Shown here piece after piece: positions 1 through 9,782 of a DNA stretch of 64,000 nucleotides (the stretch's first letter is position 1; every line of letters starts with the position of its first letter). This DNA is from Alphaproteobacteria bacterium UBA3635 (GTDB lineage: Bacteria; Pseudomonadota; Alphaproteobacteria; Rs-D84): the NCBI GenBank assembly GCA_002373935.1, contig DFKW01000002.1, positions 4,819 to 68,818 on the forward strand. Direction: 5' to 3'. The notes beneath the pieces are model-generated. The model saw only the letters and a program-made list of their open reading frames with translations, was not told where the DNA came from and ran no database searches. Position numbers and translations under genes: made by a program.

Positions 1-27
1 TAAAACGGCACACATTTTTATAAAAAA

Positions 28-783
28 CTAACGCAGTTTGGCATGCACACGCGGCAAAATCCATGTTCCATTATTAAAATCATCAATTCCCGACACATAT
101 AACGGCATTTGATATTTTTTTGCTAAATCAATACTGCGTTTATGCAAAACCTGACCCCGACCATCCGTCATTAAATCACGCATCCGCGTATAAGATATTT
201 TTTGAAACACAGTCCCGCCGTTTTCTTTATTCGGGTTTTTATCACAAATACCGCCGCCATTTTTGAAAAACCAGCAAAAATCTGCACTGCACGCCGCCGC
301 AACAATCACCGCCGAAATGTCGGACCCCTCGCGTCCCAATGTGGTGATATCGCCGTATTTTGTGACGCCTTGGAATCCCGCCACAACCGGAATCCCATAC
401 AAACGATTTACGTATTCCATTGTTATTTGTTGAACATTTGCCGCACCAAAATTATCATCGGTTTTGATTCCAAATTGCATGGCATTATAACCGCGCGCCG
501 GCACACCAATTGCATTCAATCGCATTGCAACCAACGCCGCAGATTGCATTTCACCCGTCGCCAACAACGCATCCAATTCGCGCGCATCGGGACGCGCCGC
601 AACCGTTTGCGCCATCGCATCCAGATTATTTGTTGCCTTGCCCATCGCCGACACAACCACCGCCCGAATATCATACGCATCCGTCAGTTTTTTTATAACA
701 TTTGCAACACGTCCAACCGCGGCCGTATCAGAAATCACCGAACCACCAAATTTCAACACAACCGATTTATATTTTATATTCAT
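28..783 (-). CDS. lysC: Aspartate kinase-like protein, catalytic amino-acid-kinase domain only (251 aa)
   Basis: Starts at ATG 783 with a GGGGGTGA SD upstream. KFGGSV, VVVSAMGKATN, LLATGEMQSA and TLGREGSD blocks are typical of aspartokinases. The stop at 28-30 comes directly after the catalytic domain, with no ACT domains. The longer track ORF (to 966) overlaps rlmE and was trimmed. Confidence 0.75.
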   Translation of the reverse strand: MNIKYKSVVLKFGGSVISDTAAVGRVANVIKKLTDAYDIRAVVVSAMGKATNNLDAMAQTVAARPDARELDALLATGEMQSAALVAMRLNAIGVPARGYNAMQFGIKTDDNFGAANVQQITMEYVNRLYGIPVVAGFQGVTKYGDITTLGREGSDISAVIVAAACSADFCWFFKNGGGICDKNPNKENGGTVFQKISYTRMRDLMTDGRGQVLHKRSIDLAKKYQMPLYVSGIDDFNNGTWILPRVHAKLR

Positions 784-788
784 AAAAA

Positions 789-1442
789 TCACCCCCGAAA
801 TCCAGTTGCCACAATAAACATTTCGACACTGTCCTTGCGCGATGCAGGTGGCTTTATATGATGAACATCCTGGAAACGTTCTTTGATTTGTTTTAATAAA
901 TCGTTCGTTGTGCCACCGGTAAAAGATTTTGCCACAAACGCCCCACCCGGCTTTAATGCGCGACACGCAAAATCAAACGCATATTCCAACAACACCATTT
1001 GACGCAAGTGGTCGGTTTTTTTATGTCCAACCGTATTCGGTGCCATATCAGACACCACAACATCCACCGTCCCCGATGATGCATTTTCCAAATTTAATTT
1101 ATGAATCAACCAATCAAGAGCCGCATCGGTTGTAAAATCACCCTGGTAAAATTCAACCCCCGGGATTGGTGTAATTTCCAATAAATCCATCGCGAAAATT
1201 TGTGACTTTGGATATGTCCGCGCAATATATTGCGACCATGAACCCGGCGCCGCCCCCAGGTCAACCACAACCTGATTATTTTTCAAGAAATGAAATCTTT
1301 CATCCATTTCAATCAATTTATACGCCGCACGCGCACGATAACCGTCTTTATGTGCACGCGCAACATACGGATCGGCCGCCTGGCGTTGCAACCATGCGAC
1401 CGAAGATTTATGCTGTGCAATTTTTTTATTTAGTATTTTCAT
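789..1442 (-). CDS. rlmE: 23S rRNA (uridine2552-2'-O)-methyltransferase RlmE/FtsJ
   Basis: 217 aa. Carries FtsJ-family blocks AYKLIE, VVDLGAAPGSWSQ (SAM site), DVVVSDMAPN and KPGGAFVAKSF. Confidence 0.9.
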   Translation of the reverse strand: MKILNKKIAQHKSSVAWLQRQAADPYVARAHKDGYRARAAYKLIEMDERFHFLKNNQVVVDLGAAPGSWSQYIARTYPKSQIFAMDLLEITPIPGVEFYQGDFTTDAALDWLIHKLNLENASSGTVDVVVSDMAPNTVGHKKTDHLRQMVLLEYAFDFACRALKPGGAFVAKSFTGGTTNDLLKQIKERFQDVHHIKPPASRKDSVEMFIVATGFRG

Positions 1443-1597
1443 TATTTACCATTTTCTATATTTTCAAGTTGAACCAATTTATCCAACAACTTTTGTCTTT
1501 TTTGCAACGCACGTTTATATCCCCAACCCGATAAATCGCGATATTCATATGCTATGGTTTTGTTTGAATAAAAATACAATGCACTTGGCCATCCCAT
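1442..1597 (-). CDS. Hypothetical small protein (51 aa, MGWPSALYFY...ENIENGK)
   Basis: Hand-translated; below the 60-aa cutoff of the track. ATG at 1595-1597. Its TAA overlaps the rlmE ATG (TAATG). No clear SD. Confidence 0.3.
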   Translation of the reverse strand: MGWPSALYFYSNKTIAYEYRDLSGWGYKRALQKRQKLLDKLVQLENIENGK

Positions 1598-1667
1598 AGG
1601 GGTCACAACTATATATTCAGCATTGTTTATCCATTTTTATTTCTTTCCATCTTTAATATACTTGTTT

Positions 1668-2009
1668 TTATCGTTTATCAAAGTAATTTTTACGACCATG
1701 AAATAGAATATTGAAAAATTCACCTAGCGCCCGTTTATATTCTAAACATGTTGCAATATATTGCTCATTTTTATCATGCATAGGGCAATCCACATTATCA
1801 CATACGCGCTTTTCATCAAAATGTTTGCAATATTTTCTCAATGCTAATGGTATTTCTGGATTACCAGGGTTCCGCTGTTGTATAACATCTTGGATACAGA
1901 CATCATCGTATTCTGTACTCGACAATACGCTTATTTCCGATATCGCATCTTTTTTTGCTTGTTTTGTGGCACGAACATTATTCCATTTTTCTTTCAAAAA
2001 TTTAGACAT
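1668..2009 (-). CDS. Hypothetical Cys-containing protein (113 aa)
   Basis: Uninterrupted ORF co-oriented with its neighbours, ATG at 2007-2009. I recognise no family. It lies inside a segment flanked by a 19-bp direct repeat. Confidence 0.5.
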   Translation of the reverse strand: MSKFLKEKWNNVRATKQAKKDAISEISVLSSTEYDDVCIQDVIQQRNPGNPEIPLALRKYCKHFDEKRVCDNVDCPMHDKNEQYIATCLEYKRALGEFFNILFHGRKNYFDKR

Positions 2010-2038
2010 TTTTCACTTCTTTTATTTAGTATTTTCAT

Positions 2039-2542
2039 TTATTTTGCCCCAGGCACCCCACCCGGCATCGCGCCTGATTGTTGCATACGTTGCATAACGG
2101 CCTCCATCCCGCCCATACGTTGAATCATCGCCATTTGCCGTTTCATATTCAAGTATTGCTTGATAATGTGCTCAACATCACGCACCGTGCAACCTGCGGA
2201 TTCTGCGATACGCGCCTTGGCATTGGCAAAAATTTTTTCCGGGTCCGCGCGTTCTTCGGCGGTCATAGATTCCAAAATTTTAATTTGGGCATCAACACTG
2301 CCGTCTTTAATTTTTTCTTTCATGGCATTTACCGCACCCGACATCCCCGGCACCATTTTCAACAGACCGCTAAAATTACTCATTTTACGAATTTGTTTTA
2401 ATTGTGCCAACATATCGTTCATATCAAATTGACCCGACATCATGCGTTCCGCGGTCTCGCGCATGCCAGATGGCATTTTAACATCATCCGCGGCGGTTGT
2501 ATTTTCAACTGTTTCTTTTTTCTTTTTGCCAAAACCAAACAT
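2039..2542 (-). CDS. Stand-alone SRP54/Ffh M-domain-like protein (167 aa)
   Basis: Strong AAGGAG SD. FDMNDMLAQLKQIRKM..LLKMVPGM and a Met-rich C-terminus match the Ffh M domain. There is no N or GTPase domain in the ORF or upstream; the uvrA stop is 40 nt upstream. Confidence 0.7.
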   Translation of the reverse strand: MFGFGKKKKETVENTTAADDVKMPSGMRETAERMMSGQFDMNDMLAQLKQIRKMSNFSGLLKMVPGMSGAVNAMKEKIKDGSVDAQIKILESMTAEERADPEKIFANAKARIAESAGCTVRDVEHIIKQYLNMKRQMAMIQRMGGMEAVMQRMQQSGAMPGGVPGAK

Positions 2543-2581
2543 TTCTTACTCCTTGTTCTTGAAAATCTTAACAAAATTTTA

Positions 2582-5419
2582 TTATTTATTCAAATATTTC
2601 TTCAGGTATTTCCCCGTCAGCGATTCCGCAACATCGGCAACCTGTTCCGGTGTCCCGGTTGCCACAACGCGACCGCCCGCGTCACCACCGTTTGGTCCCA
2701 AATCAATAATCCAATCCACAGATTTAATAACATCTAAATTATGTTCAATAACGATAACCGTATTACCGGCATCAACCAATTCTTGCAGAACATTTAGCAA
2801 CAATTTTATATCTTCGAAATGCAATCCGGTCGTCGGTTCATCCAAAATATAAATTGTTTGTCCGGTACTGACCGCACTCAATTCCTTGGACAGTTTTATG
2901 CGCTGGGCCTCGCCACCGGATAAGTCCAAAGAACTTTGTCCCAATTTGATATATTCCAACCCAACGCGTTTTAACAATTCCAATTTCCGCGCAATTTTTG
3001 GCACATTGATAAAGAATCGATACGCTTCTTCTACGGTCATATTCAAAACATCTGCGATTGATTTATCTTTGTATTTAACCGCCAATGTTTCATCGTTATA
3101 ACGCGTTCCATGACATTTTTCACATTCAACATAAACATCTGCCAAAAAATTCATTTCAATTTTGATTTGACCGTCGCCCTGACACGCCTCGCATCGACCG
3201 CCTTTGACATTAAAAGAAAATCGTCCCGATGTATAACCGCGGGCCTTGGCCTCGGGCAAATTAGCAAAGAAATCACGAATATCCGAAAACACACCAACGT
3301 ATGTTGCCGGATTACTGCGCGGGCTGCGTCCAATTGGTGATTGGTCAATATCAACAACTTTATCAACATTTTCCATACCACGAATAACATCGTGCGCGCC
3401 AATTTCCAGTTTAGAATTATAAATCGCACGCATTAACGCCGGATATAAAGTATCCAACAACAATGTCGATTTTCCCGACCCCGATACACCGGTCAACGCA
3501 ACAAATTTACCCAATGGGATTTCCACATCAATATTTTTCAAATTGTTCGCGCGTGCGCCCTTGATAACTATGGATTTTCCATTACCCGCACGACGCGTGG
3601 TGGGAACCTCTATACGGCGGGCACCCGATAAATATTGTCCCGTCAAAGAATCCGGATTTTCAATTACCTGTTGTGGTGTCCCCGCCGCTATAATATTACC
3701 GCCATTTATACCCGCACCACGACCAATATCAACCAAAAAATCCGCCGCACGCATTGCGTCTTCGTCATGTTCAACAACAATAACCGTATTATCCTTGTCA
3801 CGCAAAGTTTTTAATGTATCTAACAATTTGTCATTATCACTCTGGTGCAGACCAATCGACGGTTCATCCAACACATACAAAACCCCGGACAAACCCGACC
3901 CAATTTGCGATGCCAATCGAATACGTTGTGCCTCGCCCCCAGACAGGGTTCCCGCCATACGCGACAAAGTTAAATACCCCAACCCAACATTTTCCAAAAA
4001 ATGTAATCTGTCGGTAATTTCACGCAGGACAATTTTCGCAATATCATTTTCCTGAACTGTTAAATGATTCGGCAAATCCCGGAACCAGCGCAACGAATCA
4101 GACACCGATAAATCGCACGCATCAATAATATCAAACCCATTTATTTTTACACACAGCGCATGAATATTTAACCGCTTGCCATGACACATTGGACATTCTG
4201 TTTCAGATTGATATTTACCCAATTCTGTGCGCACCACATCCGAATCAGATTCCCGCAACCGCCGTTCCAGGTTTGGCACCACCCCTTCGAACGGTTTTGA
4301 ATACACAAATCCGTTCCAATTTATCTTTATTTCTTCATCCCCCGTTCCATACAAAATAATATTACGATGTTCCGCACTCAATGTATGCCACGGTTTAGAC
4401 AGCGATATTTTATATTTTTTATGCAACGCCTCAAACAAATGGTCATATTGGGTCAACATCCCGCCACGCGACCATGGCGCAATCGCCCCACCCAATATAG
4501 ATTTTGTTGGGTCCGGAACAACTAAATCCGGTGAAACATTTAATTGCACGCCCAAACCACCACATGTCGGACACGCCCCAATCGGCGCATTAAAAGAAAA
4601 TAATCTGGGTTCGATTTTCGGCACGGTAAAACCACTGACGGGACATGCATAGTTTTGCGAATATAATACATCTTCGTTTGTATCCAACCGCCGCACCAGC
4701 ACCACACCCGGCACCAAACGCAACGAGGCCTCGAACGAAGAATACAGGCGCGATTTGAATTCATCAATATTTGCATCATCCGCCGCCGGCATTTGCAACC
4801 GGTCAACAATAACAAAAATATTATGCTTTTTATTTTTATCCAACTGTGGCGCACTGCCCAAATCGACCAATTCATTATCGATAATTGCACGGGTAAAACC
4901 TTGCTTGACCAAAAAAGCCAATTCTTTTTTATATTCACCCTTGCGATCACGGACCAATGGCGCCATAACATAGAACCGCACATTGACCGGTATTTTCATG
5001 GTCCAATCGACCATTTCTGCAATTGTTTGTGATTTAATTGGCAATCCCGTCACCGGCGAATGAGGCACACCAATCCGCGCCCATAACAAACGCAGGTAAT
5101 CATAAATTTCCGTGACCGTCCCCACAGTTGACCGCGGGTTTTTCGATGTTGTTTTTTGCTCGATAGAAATTGCGGGCGCCAAACCCTCGATAAAATCGAC
5201 ATCTGGCTTTTTCTGCATATCTAAAAATTGCCGTGCATACGACGACAAAGATTCAACATAACGACGTTGCCCCTCGGCATAAATGGTATTAAATGCCAAC
5301 GACGATTTTCCCGACCCCGACACACCGGTAAAAACCACCAATTTGTTTTTTGGTATGTCCAGGTCAATATTTTTAAGATTGTTTTCGCGTGCACCGCGAA
5401 TTTTTATTGTTCCACTCAT
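2582..5419 (-). CDS. uvrA: Excinuclease ABC subunit A
   Basis: 945 aa. Two ABC ATPase modules (GVSGSGKSS and GVSGSGKST) and CxxC zinc-finger pairs, colinear with UvrA. Confidence 0.97.
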   Translation of the reverse strand: MSGTIKIRGARENNLKNIDLDIPKNKLVVFTGVSGSGKSSLAFNTIYAEGQRRYVESLSSYARQFLDMQKKPDVDFIEGLAPAISIEQKTTSKNPRSTVGTVTEIYDYLRLLWARIGVPHSPVTGLPIKSQTIAEMVDWTMKIPVNVRFYVMAPLVRDRKGEYKKELAFLVKQGFTRAIIDNELVDLGSAPQLDKNKKHNIFVIVDRLQMPAADDANIDEFKSRLYSSFEASLRLVPGVVLVRRLDTNEDVLYSQNYACPVSGFTVPKIEPRLFSFNAPIGACPTCGGLGVQLNVSPDLVVPDPTKSILGGAIAPWSRGGMLTQYDHLFEALHKKYKISLSKPWHTLSAEHRNIILYGTGDEEIKINWNGFVYSKPFEGVVPNLERRLRESDSDVVRTELGKYQSETECPMCHGKRLNIHALCVKINGFDIIDACDLSVSDSLRWFRDLPNHLTVQENDIAKIVLREITDRLHFLENVGLGYLTLSRMAGTLSGGEAQRIRLASQIGSGLSGVLYVLDEPSIGLHQSDNDKLLDTLKTLRDKDNTVIVVEHDEDAMRAADFLVDIGRGAGINGGNIIAAGTPQQVIENPDSLTGQYLSGARRIEVPTTRRAGNGKSIVIKGARANNLKNIDVEIPLGKFVALTGVSGSGKSTLLLDTLYPALMRAIYNSKLEIGAHDVIRGMENVDKVVDIDQSPIGRSPRSNPATYVGVFSDIRDFFANLPEAKARGYTSGRFSFNVKGGRCEACQGDGQIKIEMNFLADVYVECEKCHGTRYNDETLAVKYKDKSIADVLNMTVEEAYRFFINVPKIARKLELLKRVGLEYIKLGQSSLDLSGGEAQRIKLSKELSAVSTGQTIYILDEPTTGLHFEDIKLLLNVLQELVDAGNTVIVIEHNLDVIKSVDWIIDLGPNGGDAGGRVVATGTPEQVADVAESLTGKYLKKYLNK

Positions 5420-5501
5420 AGTAACTAAAATATAGAAAATTTATTAAAAAATACAAGGGCGCGACGAAAAAATCATCGCACCCCCGAACTTTAGGATTTT
5501 A

Positions 5502-6341
5502 TTATTTCGCTTTTTTCATCAAAGAATCCGGATTCAGCGATACATCTTTCTTGGATGTTTTGTTTGCGCCAACCTTGGGTGCCAATTCACCGTCCACCCA
5601 AATATCGACACCACCGGCATTACCAAATTTTGCCTTGTATCCTGTCCCATTTGGCACATAGAACACATCCCCTGCGACCAACGAACGGCCAAATATAACC
5701 TTGCCACGTGAATCTTCGACACCAACATAAGAATCTTCGACCGCCTGGATAATGACGTGTGATTTTGCCATATTTTCTTTGCCAAACCGTTCACGCACCG
5801 GGATATTATATACCGGTTCTTCGACATCCACCGCCGCCACAACCGGTGCCGGTGCCGCCACAGGCGTATCCGCCGGCGCACTATTAGACCCACCAAATAT
5901 AATCACAATCAGCATCGCCACAACCAACACGCCCGCGCCGATTGCGAACCACAACCAATGCCGACGAACATAATCCACGGCAACACGAACAAATTCTTGG
6001 ATTTTGGCCTTGTACTCTGCGGTTTTGTCGCGTTCTGCCAAATCTTCGATTGTGACGGGGGTATCATTTTCCGCCTCGATTCCCAATTCAGCTTTAACCT
6101 TGTCCACGATTTCATCCGGATCCAATCCCAATTCCATTGCATAATTACGTGCGAATCCCAACACATACACGATTTCAGGAATTTTTTTATAATCGCCGTT
6201 TTCCAACGCCTCTAAAAAATCTTCAGCAATACACAACTGTTTTGCGATTGTGCCAATTTCGCGTTTTCTGCGCCCCATTGTTCGCGCATTACGCAGAATT
6301 TCACCAACTGTTAAATTTTGCACTGTATTTTCGTCGTTCAT
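5502..6341 (-). CDS. rodZ: RodZ-like helix-turn-helix membrane protein
   Basis: ATG 6341 follows a GGGGG SD; the track TTG start was trimmed. N-terminal XRE-type HTH, one TM helix (WLWFAIGAGVLVVAMLIVIIF) and a beta-rich C-terminal domain. Confidence 0.6.
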   Translation of the reverse strand: MNDENTVQNLTVGEILRNARTMGRRKREIGTIAKQLCIAEDFLEALENGDYKKIPEIVYVLGFARNYAMELGLDPDEIVDKVKAELGIEAENDTPVTIEDLAERDKTAEYKAKIQEFVRVAVDYVRRHWLWFAIGAGVLVVAMLIVIIFGGSNSAPADTPVAAPAPVVAAVDVEEPVYNIPVRERFGKENMAKSHVIIQAVEDSYVGVEDSRGKVIFGRSLVAGDVFYVPNGTGYKAKFGNAGGVDIWVDGELAPKVGANKTSKKDVSLNPDSLMKKAK

Positions 6342-6380
6342 ATTCGCCCCCAATTAAAATTATATATGTTTATGATACCG

Positions 6381-7301
6381 TCATTTTTTGGCAACGCAAC
6401 CCCAAAATTCAGATATTTTATCTTTTAATTCATTTGCGTCCGTGATTTGATTGACGGCGACCCGAAACGCGCCGGCATCCGGCATTCCGGACGAATACCA
6501 CGCGGCATGCTTGCGAAACAAAGGCACGCCACTGCGTTCACCGTAATAATCAATCACCGCATCCAAATGCCGCAACACAATTTCCCCAATATTTTCAGGC
6601 ACGCGCCCCCCGGTTATTTCCGCTATTTTCCACGGCGCCCCCAACATCGCGCGCCCAATCATAACCCCCGCATAGCCCAATTTTTCCATATTCTCTACAT
6701 CCCGCGCGGTTTTAATATCCCCATTTGCAATAATTGGAATCGGTGCACCACCAACATCCGGATTTTCGGCGGCCCCGGTATATCCCGCCGCCCGTGTCCG
6801 CCCATGCAGCGTGACAAATTTAACCCCCGCATCCGCGGCAATATCAACCAATTCGCGCCAATCGACGTGCGCGGCATCCCACCCCAGGCGTGTTTTTATC
6901 GACACCGGAATATCAACCGCACGCACCACGGCACGCATAATATTCCCCGCCAATTTATGGTCGCGCATTAAATGCGCCCCGGCACCGGCGCGGGTTGCAA
7001 CCTTGGGCACGGGACATCCCATATTTATATCAATCCATTTTGCACCCGCGTCCTGTAAAATTCGGGCGGCATCCGCCATCAGTCCGACATCCGCGCCGAA
7101 AATTTGCGCCCCGATATTACCCTCGGCACGATAGTCATCAAAATTCCGCGGACAATTTTTATGTTGTGCAACCAAAGAATGACAAGAAATCATTTCCGTC
7201 ACCAAATTCACATCCGGGGAAAATTCACGCACAATCGTCCGGAACGGTTTATCTGTAATTCCGGCCAGTGGCGCAACAAAAAAATTATTTTTTTCTAACA
7301 T
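6381..7301 (-). CDS. dusB: tRNA-dihydrouridine synthase (Dus family; subfamily uncertain)
   Basis: 306 aa from ATG 7301. Dus TIM-barrel blocks FVAPLAGITDKPFR, INMGCP and LHGRTR. The 5' extension of the track ORF has no homology and overlaps ftsB. Confidence 0.8.
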   Translation of the reverse strand: MLEKNNFFVAPLAGITDKPFRTIVREFSPDVNLVTEMISCHSLVAQHKNCPRNFDDYRAEGNIGAQIFGADVGLMADAARILQDAGAKWIDINMGCPVPKVATRAGAGAHLMRDHKLAGNIMRAVVRAVDIPVSIKTRLGWDAAHVDWRELVDIAADAGVKFVTLHGRTRAAGYTGAAENPDVGGAPIPIIANGDIKTARDVENMEKLGYAGVMIGRAMLGAPWKIAEITGGRVPENIGEIVLRHLDAVIDYYGERSGVPLFRKHAAWYSSGMPDAGAFRVAVNQITDANELKDKISEFWGCVAKK

Positions 7302-7311
7302 TTGTGATATA

Positions 7312-7647
7312 ATGACATGCATGAAGGAAAAAATCAAAAATTTATTTACATTTGTGTCCACTGCATGGACATCGGGTTCACGCGGCAAAATGGGTGTCAT
7401 CATGACGATTGTGGCGATATTTTGGTCGGTGGGGATGTTCACCGGCAAAACCACGATCCAGGGTTTTATTATAAACATATGGCGTTTGAATGCGGCGAAC
7501 GAACAATTGGTATCGGAACAATCGAAATTACATCAATTACAAATGCACATCGATTTGGTCCAAAAAAACAGTCCCGATTACATCGAAGAACTGGGACTGA
7601 AACGGTTAAATATGGGCGATGCCAAAACCAGAATATTAAAAATTTAA
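7312..7647 (+). CDS. ftsB: Cell division protein FtsB/DivIC-family (septum formation initiator)
   Basis: 111 aa. Short N-terminus, one TM helix, then a coiled coil (LVSEQSKLHQLQMHIDLV). A second in-frame ATG at 7321 is possible. Confidence 0.65.
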   Translation: MTCMKEKIKNLFTFVSTAWTSGSRGKMGVIMTIVAIFWSVGMFTGKTTIQGFIINIWRLNAANEQLVSEQSKLHQLQMHIDLVQKNSPDYIEELGLKRLNMGDAKTRILKI

Positions 7648-8126
7648 TTCATACACGCGATAACCCCGTTCAGGTAAAACGCGAACACCAACCACGCGAT
7701 ATATGGCCACACCAGGTAATACGCGGTTTTACTGATATTTTTGAATTCTGCGGCCATATAAATCGACACAATTATTAAACCGAACAACACGAACAAGCCC
7801 AATGTTGCCATGTGCAAACCAAAGAACACATAACTCCATAACGCGTTCAACACCATTTGTGCGAAAAACAGCCACTCTGCGGCACATACGCCACCCTCGC
7901 GCATGCGGCGTTTTGCCCGCCAAATCATAAACAGTGCGATACCCAATAAAGTATATAAAATGGTCCACGCAATACTAAAAACTATTGGTGCCGGGGTCAG
8001 CGTTGAATTTGCCAAAGTATTGAACCACGCGTCCGTGTGTCCCGTGACCGGTGTGAACAACACCCCGATTGCGCCTGGAATAAAAGAAATAAGTATTGCG
8101 GCAATCAAAGTAAAAAAAGATTTCAT
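7644..8126 (-). CDS. tspO: TspO/MBR family tryptophan-rich sensory protein
   Basis: 160 aa. Five predicted TM helices, with the Trp/Tyr-rich pattern typical of TspO. Confidence 0.85.
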   Translation of the reverse strand: MKSFFTLIAAILISFIPGAIGVLFTPVTGHTDAWFNTLANSTLTPAPIVFSIAWTILYTLLGIALFMIWRAKRRMREGGVCAAEWLFFAQMVLNALWSYVFFGLHMATLGLFVLFGLIIVSIYMAAEFKNISKTAYYLVWPYIAWLVFAFYLNGVIACMN

Positions 8127-8227
8127 TTTTCTCTCCTATATTTATATCCGCAATAGTACCACAAATTTCACCCCCCAACCACAGGCAGATTTTCCGCATA
8201 AAAAAACGGGGACGATTCCCCGATTTT

Positions 8228-9697
8228 TTATTTTTTTGTATCTGCATCCGTTCGCAACTTTTCACGCGTTTTCTCTTGGGCTTTTTCTTTTTCGGCATTT
8301 TCCGTTGCAACCGCCGCACGACGATCTTCGACCGTCATTTGTAATTTAGTCATCGCGATAACCATACTGATTCCGCGTTGCAACTGGTAATCACGTGCGT
8401 CTTTTTCCGCGTCGGTCAAATCGTTAAAGTCAATATCTTCTTCGTCGTCGTCATCATCCTTGCGCGATTTAGTGTCATCCGATTTGGTTTTCTTGGTCTT
8501 TTTCGCATCCTCGTTTTTCAGCGAGTTTTTGAACGATGCCTCGGAATATTCACTGTCGCGTTTTTCCAAAACCTTGACCCGGGATTGCAAGACCTGGACA
8601 TCGGGGGTTATCCCCTCGTTTTGAATTGAACGACCACTGGGGGTGAAATACCGCGCGATTGTAATATGAATTGCCGTGCCGTCACCCAATGGTTTTTGCT
8701 GTTGCACACTGCCCTTGCCAAAAGATTGCGAGCCCATCACCAATGCGCGCCCGTTATCCTGCAACGCACCCGCAACAATTTCCGATGCCGATGCCGAACC
8801 ATGATTTATCAAAACCACAATCGGTTTGCCATTTGTTAAATCACCCGGTTTTGCAAAATTGCGTTCGATGTCTGTTTTTTCTTTGCCGCGGGTTGAAACG
8901 ATTTCACCATCATCCAAAAATGCATCCGACACACCAATCGCCGCCGTCAAATAGCCACCCGGATTATTACGCACATCCAATACATAACCGGCAACCTTGT
9001 CTTTTTCTAATTTTTTAATTGCATCCGTCAATTCTTTGACCGTCGTCGCCCCAAATTCAGAAATTCTGATATATCCAATTTTCGGGGAATCTTCATCCAT
9101 ATCCGCCAATTGTACAACACGATATTTCACCGATTTGACCTTGATAATATCGCGTTTCAATGTCAATGTTTTGGTTTCATGATCTTCGTCCACAACCGTC
9201 AGTTTGACCTTGGTTCCGGGGCGGCCCTTCATTTTTTTCACCGCCTGGTTCAATGTCATGTCAAACACCGGTTCATCATCGATTTTCATAATATAGTCGC
9301 CCGCCTTGATACCTGCGCGCGCCGCCGGTGTATCGTCAATCGGCGAAATAACACGAATCGCCCCACGGTCAGATGTGATTTGTATTCCCAAACCACCAAA
9401 TTCGCCCTGGGTTTTATCATTAAAATCTTTGAAATCATCGGTGTTCAAATATGACGAGTGCGGGTCCAATTCCGCCAACATGCCGTTCATTGCGGCCTCT
9501 AACATTTTCTTTTCATCGGCCTCTTCGACAAAATTATCGCGCGCGGTTTCGAACACCAACGCCAATTTTTGCAGTTCGGTATAAATTTCTTCGTCGGTTA
9601 AATGCACCACAGGTTCGGTTTTTTCCGATTTTTTCGCGGCAAAACAATCAACCGCCACGGTCGCCAACACAATAAAACACAGGAATTTTTTCAACAT
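8228..9697 (-). CDS. ctpA: Carboxy-terminal processing protease (S41 family) with charged C-terminal tail
   Basis: 489 aa. Signal peptide, PDZ region and catalytic block INHGSASASEI. The last ~110 aa are Lys/Asp/Glu-rich. Confidence 0.85.
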   Translation of the reverse strand: MLKKFLCFIVLATVAVDCFAAKKSEKTEPVVHLTDEEIYTELQKLALVFETARDNFVEEADEKKMLEAAMNGMLAELDPHSSYLNTDDFKDFNDKTQGEFGGLGIQITSDRGAIRVISPIDDTPAARAGIKAGDYIMKIDDEPVFDMTLNQAVKKMKGRPGTKVKLTVVDEDHETKTLTLKRDIIKVKSVKYRVVQLADMDEDSPKIGYIRISEFGATTVKELTDAIKKLEKDKVAGYVLDVRNNPGGYLTAAIGVSDAFLDDGEIVSTRGKEKTDIERNFAKPGDLTNGKPIVVLINHGSASASEIVAGALQDNGRALVMGSQSFGKGSVQQQKPLGDGTAIHITIARYFTPSGRSIQNEGITPDVQVLQSRVKVLEKRDSEYSEASFKNSLKNEDAKKTKKTKSDDTKSRKDDDDDEEDIDFNDLTDAEKDARDYQLQRGISMVIAMTKLQMTVEDRRAAVATENAEKEKAQEKTREKLRTDADTKK

Positions 9698-9782
9698 AAA
9701 ACGCCCTTTCTCTTTCCTCTATATTATCAAACTCAGCATATTATAAAAAAAGATTTTCTGCAACACGAAATTTCACAGAATT

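Noticed and set aside
202-861. 219-aa plus-strand ORF. Similar long shadow ORFs occur at 19301-19816, 47466-48014, 60559-61125, 35881-36462 and 40166-40651.
   Set aside because: All lie antisense to genes with clear family motifs (aspartokinase, the 955-aa exported protein, prfB, the ABC exporter, ftsH, tig). None has start-site support.
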